A DNA stretch of 64,000 nt. Origin: Balanoglossus misakiensis (lineage: Eukaryota > Animalia > Hemichordata). Below the pieces are notes generated by a model. It made no database searches. It was given only the letters and a program-made list of their open reading frames with translations, and was not told the origin of the DNA. This document shows, piece by piece, positions 14,190 to 25,562 of this stretch (positions are counted from its first letter, which is position 1; every line of letters starts with the position of its first letter). A program made the translations under genes and the position numbers. The DNA is taken from NCBI GenBank assembly GCA_040954595.2, contig CM082581.2, positions 2,720,699 to 2,784,698 of the forward strand, written 5' to 3'.

Positions 14190-15446
14190 TGTGTGCGGGT
14201 GGAGAATGCGCCTCGCCAACTGATGAATTCTGTCACGGCGTTCTTTGGAAGTGCGATTATGTAACCCCGATTATCTCATTAGGGACATAGATAATATATT
14301 TCGTCTTCTTCAATTTGTTTGTACTACGCAAACAATTGCGAAACGAATAGCAAGCGCTTACGCTATGAAACGTAAATAAATATCAGTCATGGCCATGTAG
14401 AAACGGAACGTCAATCCGCATTTGTCAAAAAATAATAGAAAAGACAAAGAAGCTGAGGGGAATGACCTCTCCGTTCTGACCTATCTGGGGAAGGCCTATT
14501 GCAATACGCAATATGTCAGATCATGCTACCATCCGCCATTCTGATTGGACGAGAGCTCAATCCATCGATACGAAAGTACTCAATAGAGCACTGCTGAAAC
14601 TGGCCCTGAACTAATCGCATGCAACAGGAAAAACGCGACCTTTCAAATCAAATAAATACAAAAAATACAGCCAATGAATTTACGGCCGGCCGGTTTATTT
14701 CTTAACTGCTCTATAGGAATAGTTGTCACTGCCATGGACCACTTCGCGGATAGCATAACACAGGGTGTTGTGGGACAGTTTGGTTCTGAGCGCGTGCGTT
14801 AGCCATGCACTAGACGCTAGGTTGAACGCAAATTATACCATCATGCATTGCAGATACCCTATCCGCGTAGTGGTCTATGCACGATGCATGTCTTGTCAGT
14901 GCGCACTCGACAAATTGGACCGTTTCTATAAAAAATATGAACTGTGACTTTTGATTTTATTGAGAAATGTCTCTCGAATTAAACCATGTAACGTAAATCA
15001 AGGAAATGTATTCTGCTAAAGTTGCTCCTGACGGGTTCGCTGAAACATTGTGTTATTGGTAAAATACGTCAAGTGTAAAATATTGAGTTACCTAATATGA
15101 CAAAATATCAGATTTATGTGTTTAATCAAGATAGGCCTCTCTTCATATGTTTCATTTATTTGGTTTGAATAAAAGTTATCTGATTCAGTTTCATGAAGTA
15201 TACACGGATTAAATGTTTATCCACTGTAGTGCCACTGAAATGGCTTTCACGTTTGAGACTTCGGGACGGGCGCAATGGGAGTATTTCAGCCGTGATGACC
15301 GGACGATGTCGGACAAAGTCTACAACTTAATACACGATCACCTCCAATTTGCATATGTCCATAAATGGCTAAACTTGCGTATCCTAGTGTTCTAAAGAAC
15401 AAATGGTGGCGCTCTTATTGTCGCGTGTGCCACCTCCTGAATATTT

Positions 15447-15494
15447 CACGTATGTTTAAAACGCCGGATAACGTCAACTGAGTTCTACGCATGC
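15447..15494 (+). repeat. Left bipartite TIR: CACGTATGTT - 15 bp - CGTCAACTGAGTT-nnn-CGCATGC
   Basis: Read directly: box1 15447-15456, spacer 15457-15471, box2 15472-15484, CGCATGC 15488-15494. Confidence 0.9.
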
Positions 15495-16088
15495 TCAGAA
15501 AAAATTAGCATAATTCTTGGGTCATGACCTAGATAGATGACGTATTGTGTGTAAATACAAAGGAACGGCCCATAGAAACCGTCCCGCCCCTTCATGTTTC
15601 CCCGGACTTTCTGCCAATAAATTTGGACCATTAAATGTCAATAATCTGTCAAACTATCCATATATGTCTATATTTTTCGCATAATTAGCTGTATGGGTGG
15701 TTCCAAATCCAAAACGCGCGAAATTTTGACTTTGCGGTCGTCGAGCCTAGTCCGCGTCAGACAGACGCTCAGGCTGGGTGACGACATCTGTTTCACAGGT
15801 TACGTAAAAAATAATCGTATTTTAAACAATTTTCTTGAGTTTTACTTGACATTTGGTTTTCAACAAACGTTTCTTCATCAATTACATTTTTATTTTATGA
15901 ATTAGTTCTCTGAGGCTAATTTTATTTTCATTGCTCTCCAGATAAAAATATTTTTTTTTGCGATCGTAGGAGACGCCCGTTGCTAGGGACGCCATTTCAT
16001 TTTTTGCTGTCGGTGATCGCATTTTGTTGTTTGATAGGGTACTTTCGCTTTATTTTGGGGGTTCGATTTTAGGTTGTGATAGAAAATA

Positions 16089-19000
16089 ATGATGTTTGGT
16101 TTAGAATTCCATAGATTTTGTTTGAGTAAATTGTGTAGAATTTGTGGGGGGAGAGCCCAAAGTTCATTGAGTTCATTACAAGGAAAATCGCCCAAGCAAT
16201 GTTCTGTTTATGTCAACGAAATATTATCAGTTTTTGGGGTTGATATTTCGAATGATGAAACAGATGTACATCCCTCAAACTTGTGTTTCCTATGTTACAA
16301 AAAAATATGTAACAATGCAAATTTTTATGGTACCAGTGATCAGTGGGTGGGCCATCCTAGGGTTGGGTCCTGTAGTATATGTGAGATGTTTACAAAACAA
16401 AGTAAGGGTGGGAGACCAAAAAAAAATAAAAGGGGAAGGCCACCAACTTATAAGAAAGGGGAGGGGGAATATACTATCAATTCTGGGGAGGGGTCAATTT
16501 TGACAAATGAGGGGTTGGAATATCTAACAACACAAGCCAGGGCTTCACAGACATTTCATTGGCCAGAAAACTTCAATCCAATGCTAACTGAAAATGATGT
16601 TAAGTGTAGTGTGTGTTTGTCTTTGTTCAATTGTCCATTGGAAAGTCCTTGTGAACATGTCTTCTGTAGTGAGTGTCTAATCAATGTATTCAAAACTGAA
16701 AATATGTCATGTATTCGCTGTCCTTGTTGTAGTCAGCCGGTCTCATGTTTTTCTGTTCGTCCAGCTAAACGTTATTTTCTGAATGTTTTGTGTTCTCTTC
16801 CAATGGAATGTCTTAATTGTAAACAAACTGTTGTCCTTGATTCTGTGTCGCAGCATGTCTGTCCCCAAAGCCCAAAGCCTGTCCCCAATGTCACAAATAT
16901 TGAAAGTACAATTACCGCCAATATTTTACAAAGGCCACCAGACTTGCCACTCACTCCTGCATTGGAAAAGGTGGCAACTCATCTTCTTAGAACAAAACTT
17001 CACCAGTCAACTGATGGTAAGACTGCTGTTTACAAAACTGGCGGACCGGTGAGTTTCACTTTCAATATCATAATCATAATTGCGTGCATGGCATGTTTAC
17101 ATTAACCCTTTCAATTCAAAATGAAACTGGAACATTTGTTTGATTTCAATAAAATGTAAAATTCTAAATTTGTGAGCTGCCAGTACTCAAACAATGAAGC
17201 ATCAAGATAAGAAATTAATTTAAAGAAATAGTAATTTTATTGTCTTTAATGATTTTCAAGAATCTTGTTGTGATGCACACTCCACAACCAAGAAAATCAT
17301 CAGAGCAGGCAACAAGGACTACCATCAGACAAAGGTCCAGGTATCTGGAAGAACAAAGGGACATAATTAGTAAGGGCAGTACAAACCAGCAGCACAGAGA
17401 TGAGATACAAGTGGCATCAAAGCAACAAAGAATAGATCAAATATTTGACAAAATACCAAGAACAAGAGTGAGTCATGAGGAGATGCTCTCATTGAAAGCG
17501 GATATAGGGATCTCATGGAATTCCAACAGAAAACTGAAAAGGTAGGTTGATAGCTATGTCACAAGTTATTGCTAATCACATGTCATAATTTCATGCATAC
17601 AGCTGCTTAGTAATACATATAAAAATTATAATGATTGTCTTACAAGTCTTACATTCTTTTTATTTTATATCAAACTCAGATGGTTCAACCAATGTGGTGT
17701 AAAAACAGCTGGAGAAGGCAAGATTAGACAAGTAAAGGAAGACATCGTCGGAGAAAACATTCTTGCTGAAAATCTTCCTTTTAGGTTTACAGACGAGAAT
17801 GGACACAAACAGATGAAGCTGGCACCATGGATATGTGTGGATGACTTACCCTTGAGGGTCATCAAACAATTGGAAGAAAATGACAAGTAAGTTTGAAACA
17901 ATATCATTTCTTTTTCTGAGACTGGCAAACAGGACATTGACTCATGCATAATACTTACCTTTCTATCTACGCTAAAAAAATATGAAGACATGGGGTCCAT
18001 AGAGTCCTGGAAAATCCTGGAAAGTCCTTGAATTTGATAGTGTTCCTGGAAGGATGCAATTTACCCCAGAAATACCTGGAAAATAATCAATAAATAACAA
18101 TGATTATTCATCGTGTTTATACAGATAATAGTATATGTAGGTCGTGTTAACTATATGATCTTACCGGTCAACACTTCTAAAAAATCAAGATGTTTGTTTA
18201 AATACTCCTGGAAAACTAGTTGGAAACTCCTGAAATTTTATTTGATACCACATCTAAGAACCTGGTGATGAGTTAGTGAATTATGACATGTTCAATACTA
18301 AATGGTTTCCTGGTTTATTTTGTAGACTGAACAACCTGACATGGCACAACAAAATCCCAGCTAAAGAAATATGGCTGAAAATCGGTGGCGACAAGGGAGG
18401 GGGGAGTTTCAAAGGCATGTTTCAATTGGCTAATGTGCATCGTCCAAACAATAAAAACAACACAGTCGTCTTCTGTCTCTATGAAAGTGGGGACTGCTAC
18501 TCGAATTTGGTCAAAGCTATTGCAAGGTTCAAGGAGCAGATCAATCGATTGAAATCATTAACCTGGAAGTAAGTTTATTTCTTAACATCAAACAAGTTTT
18601 GTGTAGAACTTCAATTATTTAAAGATATGTTATCAATACAATTTTGGAGTACATTGTAGTATGAGACAAAACACATATTTCTCACTAATGATGTTTTCTT
18701 TTATTTTGATTGGAATAGAGACAAAGCATTCCGAGTATTTGCTTTTGGCGACTACGAGTACCTTTGTAGGATGTATGGTCTCAGTGGTCCAAGTGGAAGG
18801 CATTTCTGCCTATGGTGCCTTGCCACACAAGAGGATGCCCAGACTGCAAGGCACCACAGGCAGATACCTCTAAGGACCCTGGCCCAATTGGAACAAGACC
18901 ATGACAAGTTCAACACCCTGGGTAATGGCAAGTTAGCTAATGCAAAGAAGTACAATAATGTCATACACAATGCCATCTTTGACATTGAAATATCACAGGT

Positions 19001-22000
19001 AATCACAATTACTGACTTCTAATTAATTTTCTCTTGTCCCTATCCAGTCGATACTGATAACTGTGGTTTTAATTTGACAATAATATTCACCAACGATTTA
19101 ACCACTGTCTCTGTGCTTCCCTATATCAAAAGCAAGGATGATAAATTATACTATGAATTTTACTGTTACAGGTGTGTGTACCGAGTCTTCATCTTGATCT
19201 GGGAATCTACCTGAGGTTTTATAACCTGATGGAGGCAGAAATAAATGCATTAGACAGGAAAATCGGGGTATACCTCGCTGAGTGCCATGCTGACACCAAT
19301 GGGTACACCCCTGAGTTCCAACAATATGTACTAGCTATGGAAAAAGTTGCTGAAAAGCAAGAAGATTTACTGCAACTAAAGCTTCAGACTCAGAGTGACA
19401 ATCTACAAAAAGAAATAGAACTACTGGTAAGAAATCATTATATGTACATGTATTGGCATGGTATCTGTACATAACTCATCTGAAAATATACTGATGCCAG
19501 TGATTGTACCTAACAAATGAAATTCTGCTGAGAAAATGAACTTGTAAATCATACAAATTTAATCCCTTTTTTATTATAGGAGAAGGCAATCAAGGACATG
19601 TTGGAGAACACCACATTGAAAGTCACAGCTGGCATACTAGCCCAAAAGCTCGACAGTGTACTCCAACAGATTGGCGTTCACTAAGTATTTAAAGCCGCAT
19701 CACTTCGCTCATGGATATGCCTATTGTTAAAGGAATGGGTCTGGGCTTTTGGAGGCGCATCCATAGCGAAGTGTAAAACCTCTTATATTCAAAAAGCGGG
19801 AGGGCGGGTGGGAATACATTCGCAAAGGATTTACCGAGGGGGCTGGTCATATAAAATCCCCACCCTGTCCCGTTTACGCACATAGCCCTGCTCTCTTGGC
19901 CTATTGCAAGGGAGGGACAGACTGTACGTTGCTCGTTGCTTTTATACTTCGGCTCATTTGCATATGGCGGATGGATATCGCTCTGTGCTGCGGTTTTGAA
20001 TAACTAAGTATTTAAAGCCGCATCACTTCGCTCATGGATATGCCTATTGTTAAAGGAATGGGTCTGGGCTTTTGGAGGCGCATCCGGACGCAAAGCCTAT
20101 TCTCCTCGCGCTTGAGCCCATTATTACCTAGTTGGGTATCCCCCCAATCCTTAAAATACAGTCAACCAAAGTAACAAACAAGCTTCCACTACAAACACAC
20201 CCAACCTTCATCCAACCATAAATTACGGCTGGAAATGAAAAAGAACGAAAAACGGTACCTTCATTTTATTGTGCTTTATTCCGTTATAAGTACTTGAAAA
20301 TTGTCTGGTGCACTCTTCCCTGTCGGGGTATAGTGCGAGAGAGAGAAAACAAAGGGGAAAAAAATAAATTTACTGTGTCAGAGAAATACATCGGGAGGCT
20401 CATTTTTTCTCAACAAAAGCCTTGGAAAATCCAATTAACTCATTGAGGTTCTCATATCTTTTTGTGTTCTGCTTTTCGTCGTTGGCTAACTCAGATAAGG
20501 TGCTTGCTGGTGATCCCCAACTAATGACCTTCCCTAACTGCATATAGTACTGTGCCGTTTCTTCCGCCCTCCAACCCACATGGGACATAAGAGTCTTAAT
20601 GTCCGTGCCTGCCATGGCCAAAGAAATAGCGCAAGCACTTCGGCAGCCATGTGGGGTTTCGCCTGCGTCGATTCCTACATCTAGTAGGTATGTTTTTAAC
20701 CGGTGATAAGCTAATTGCGATGAGAACGGTTTTTGCTCTGGCACTCCCTGTGAGTTTGTAGGGCGAAACAGGTAACCTGTTGTAAGGTCGATATCGAGGC
20801 TGGATGCAAGCTCGAGATATGCCTCCAAAGTGTTAATCGGACACATGAGAGTATCTTGGCATCGCTTAACTGCGAATAGGTTTGACCCCGCCCCCCGGAG
20901 CGTTTTACCAAAGGTGTGATTGAAGAGCAGGCCTGAATTATCGGGTAGCCGCAAAATTTCCTGCGTTTTCACGTGTCCTAAATCATGCGCCCTGTCACCA
21001 GAGAAGGCTAGTAATTTAAAAAATGCCATATCCCTGGCGAGAATGTACAATTGTTGAGCAGTTTGTGGGCTCTTCATTTTGTCTATAATATGACGGTAAA
21101 TTAGCCGCATCTTATCTAGAAAGAGAGGTTTCGCCTGCTTTGGTGTCAGGAGTGCTCTGGCCTGTTCTTCAGATGTTTTCTTAATGTACCTTTCTATTAT
21201 AATTGACTCCAAGGGGTTAGGGGTGGCCTTACCGGCTACCACTGCCTGGGACTGATAAAATGTCTTTAATTTGGAGACCATATTTCTGACTGTATTGGCA
21301 CGGAGCCTTTTTGGACAAGCACACTGCTGGAGTCCAGATGATCCTAAATGTGCACAATTTACCTCATGTACCTGAGTTTTCGCGTCTTTATCTTTAAAAA
21401 TAAGGAACCTAGTGATATCTTGGGGTGTTGCCGACCAGATACTTTTTTTGCTATCCAACTTAAAAAGGAACGACTCCAGTTGTTGGACGAGACGGTCCTT
21501 TTGTATTTCATGTTGAGAGCGATCGCCGAGAATGACTTGCATACGCTGATCGATTTCCGGCAGGTTAAAACCAGTTGGGAGACTTCCCTGGGCATGTTCA
21601 CGCTGGCGAGAGTAGTGAGTCTTGGTGCCACAGTTATGGCAGTAGTTTTCGTGATGATTGTCCAACCCGCACATCCAGCAGTCCTAAGCGGGGAAAATTG
21701 GACAAGCACGTGAAGACGTACAGTGCGCATGATTTATTCGCTTGTATATAAAAAAAAAATACGTATATTTATCCGTTGAATAAAATTATTTTGTTTCTTT
21801 ATTTTTTGTCTGTCTGTCTCCATAATTAAGACCTAAGGGGCGAATGTAGCGACAAAAAGGTCGCACTGTAGCTTATACGGATGATAACCCGATCGTGTTG
21901 GCCCAAGCACGACGCCGACCTCCCCTCGACTGGCGAATTTGTTGAAACTACGTGCCGCCCTCTGGATTGACGGCCAGAACGGAGGGTAGTGGCTCCGAGG

Positions 22001-25000
22001 AACGAGTACTGTTGCTTTTAGTGCGTTTTGGACGATGTGGTTCACAACAGCATGCACGAGCGAGAATGGAGGGTAGACATATAGGTTCTCATCTGGCGCG
22101 AATTTATAATTAAAGAAATTTACACCGGTGTTTTCGGGTTGTGGAAAAGCGGAAATGAATTTGGATAATTTAGCGTTAGACTTGTTTGCCATAGCATCGA
22201 TTGTGTGTGGGCCAAATTGCCTGTCTATTTTCTTCCACGCCTCATCCGAGAGTGTGGCCTCTGACAAGGACAGGTGCCTAGATGGCTGATCCGCGGGATT
22301 TTCATGTGATCTGACGTGCACTATCCTTAATCGAATATTCGACTCAAAACACAGGTTGAAGATCTTTTTCAACAGTTCGTTTAAACGAACTGATTTTGAT
22401 CCGGGGAAGCCGCCATTCCATGCGTGGACTAGGATTGCGGAATCTGAGTGTATGTCCACCCGCGCGTCGGCTAGTTCTGACTTGAAAGCAACAAGTGCTC
22501 TGGCGAGAGCCTCGGCTTCCTTTTCTGCTATTGGTCTGGGCATCCACTCGGTTTCCCACGAGTCACTGACTACTTGTCGCTGTTGCGAATTTGGCTGCAG
22601 TATCGCGGCCCATTTGAACGAGCTGGCGTCGGTGTATACATGTATAACGTTGTGGCTTTCTCGAGGCCAACGAAATGGGGGAGCGTTACGTACAATCTGG
22701 AGCCAAAATTGCACTTCCTCCCGAAGGGGGCCTTTAATGCGCACCAAGTTCTGTGCCGATACCTGCATCTTAGATATGGCATGTGCCATTTGTCTTATAT
22801 ATAAACGCGCACAGGGGATTGCGAGAGCGAAAGAAATGCATTTCCCCATAACTTTTTGCAATAAAGTAACTGGAATAGTGGGTTTGGAAAGTACTAACTC
22901 TGCCGTCTCGAGGAAGCGAGCTACTTTCTGTTCTGGGATGATGAAAGCTTGAATTTCCGTGTCTACCGTCATTCCTAGCATTATTAGCGACCTAACGGGG
23001 TGCAGTATGCTCTTTTCTAAGGCAATGAAATACCCTGCATCGATGCACATAGCTAACAGGATGAATGCAGCAGCCTCCGCTAGTTCCAAGTCAGACCAGG
23101 AGCTGTGTTGTCTGCCTACGGTATTAGCCGTTGCTGGCAATCTCAGGGGGCCACCGTGTCTGTCGTCAATATATTGGAGGCACGGAACTCCTAACATTCT
23201 TGCATAACTAGTTATCGCATAGCCTAAGGTATGGTAGATGTAGGCGGACAATTTCCACCCAAACGGTAATGAATTGTTCACGTACCAACGGCCTCCCCAT
23301 TGGAAACCAAAATACCGCCTGTCGTATTCCCTAATGAGAACATGATCATAGCCGCTTTTATCATCACACTTGAAGTGGTATTCTCCTTTTTTCATATACC
23401 TTGAAACGTCTATTAACTTGTCCAGTTTAAAAGGCATGTCTCTGATCCATAGATTCAGGAAGCGCATGTCTATGCACATTCGCGGCTTCTTCGGTTCGAC
23501 TGTTATCGGCATAACTATGTGGGGAGGTGGGTCCCTCCCAACTTCACCAAAGACAGAAATGGCCCCAGTCTGGAGTCTATCATGTATGGTTTTGGAAATG
23601 AAACCAACGAAATTTTGACATGAGGGGTTATTAGCAAAAATCTTTGCCGGTGGAGATGGTCCGTCATATTGACATCCCTTAAACGTGCCCCGAAAGTGCT
23701 TGAAGTACTGTGAAACGTTGACTTTGTCACATATCCAGTGCATAACTTGAGCCGGATTCTCTGCTGCCGTCGATAGGCGATTCCACACCTCCTTGTGTTT
23801 ATGAACCTCCCCGGCGACAAATTCATGTGGGTTTCTAAAAGATAGTAGTGCGGGCGACACTTTCTTGTTGGATTTAGCGACCTCATCGACATTGATAACG
23901 GGTCTCCTTGGTTCCTGTCGAGGGGCGCCCTCAAGAGATACCCATGTGTACGACTTTCTGGCGACTGGAAGTTCCTCAGGGCCGGTTTCCCATGCGTAGG
24001 GAGTGAACTGAAAAGGATAGATATAAACTGTGGGCTACTACATGTAAAAATGTTCTCTTGAGGGGGCCCCTAGACAGGACCTCAGTAAGGCGAGGCTGCA
24101 TGAATGCAAAGGACTGTTTTAGTCCTCCCTGCGTTCGGGGCGATGTTTGGTGTATGATAAATACGGTATATCCGCTACTGGTTGAGTGGGGCCAATCTAG
24201 GAAGGCGAGATAAAAACAAAACAAAAAACACCTTTTTTTTTTTTTTTTTTTTTTATTTATTTATTTTTTTTATTCTCAAGACAACCTTTTTAATTGTCAC
24301 GGAGGGTTGTAAGCACCTCGACTTTTCGTACATATCAAGTTATCAAAAGCATCACAGCAAGTTCTTAATCGTGGGTGTGCGTGTAGCGTTTGCTGAAGCC
24401 CAGTTCCTCAGGCACGTTTTTTGCGATTTTATGTATATGCGTGAATGCGTTCCGTCCATAGTGCGAGTGGTTGTGGAAAGTATGCGATTGTGCAGGTGTG
24501 CATGAAGGCGTCAATTAGTGTGCAGGCGACCGAGAGGAGTATGCGTGTAGGTGTGCATGCGTGTACGTGGATGAGTAACCCATGTTTACTTGCTGTGACG
24601 AAAAAATATCCACGATCAACAAGAAAAAAAAAAACAGCAATGTGGTTACACTACTTTCTATTTGGGCAGGCTCTGGCAACATGCCCTTTCTCACCGCATA
24701 CAAAGCATTTGACTAATTCATCTTTGTTTCTTCTCTCGTATGGTCTAAATCGTTCGAATTGTGCTCTTGGGCGACGATAGCCGCCATGGCCGCTATCCCG
24801 CATAAACTTCGACACTTTCGACGCGATTTCCTCCTCTTCTTTATTTCCCAGTAGTAGAACTATCAACCTCCCAGCTTCTTGGCCGAAATCATTCGATTCA
24901 AACTGGGCTAGGACCGCCCGGAAGCGATGTAACTTTGGGTGAGCTGCTACCGTCGCCCTATCCACCAGGGCCCTCAGGGCGGCGATGAGCTGGGATCGTG

Positions 25001-25519
25001 AGGTTAACGATGGAGTATGGGCCAGGTGCATGACTTTTTCCAAGGCGTCATCCACAGATGCGGTTTCTGTCAATTCTTGCAGTTTCTTCACCTGCTTCTT
25101 TAGGTTCTCCAACTCCCCTTTCTGCAATAAACGTACACATACAATAACTTCTCTGCCCATTACCACGGGTGGAAAGTATGCTTGCTCTCCCGTACTGAAT
25201 ACTCCCCTTTTGTTTACAGGGCGAGCGCCTTATTACATAGGCATCAGCAAAATTCAAGGCGAACATGCTTCTGCCACGTAAATGACCGCTCACGTTGCTC
25301 CTCCCTCGAGCCTATGTATTTCCTTTGGCCTCAGCCACAATAATTCGGCGCTCTCGCAGTCATCACCGGATGAACTGCCTGGCCGGTCTCCTTGGCACTC
25401 ATGGGTATAACCCACCCAGCTCTATTTAACAAACAAATGTTGGCGCTCTCGCAGTATATCACACTGCCTGGCCTGCCGCTCACTCCTGTAACTCCAAGTA
25501 TTCGACGCATATTGCATAG

Positions 25520-25562
<43 letters not shown>

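Noticed and set aside
22344-23934. Short alternative-frame and antisense ORFs over the DIRS pol (likewise over the Gypsy ORF)
   Set aside because: Shadow ORFs of GC-richer coding sequence.
25521-25562. Long poly-T (also 24233-24253) as a retrocopy tail
   Set aside because: No flanking TSD or SINE body seen; more likely an internal homopolymer of uncertain assembled length.
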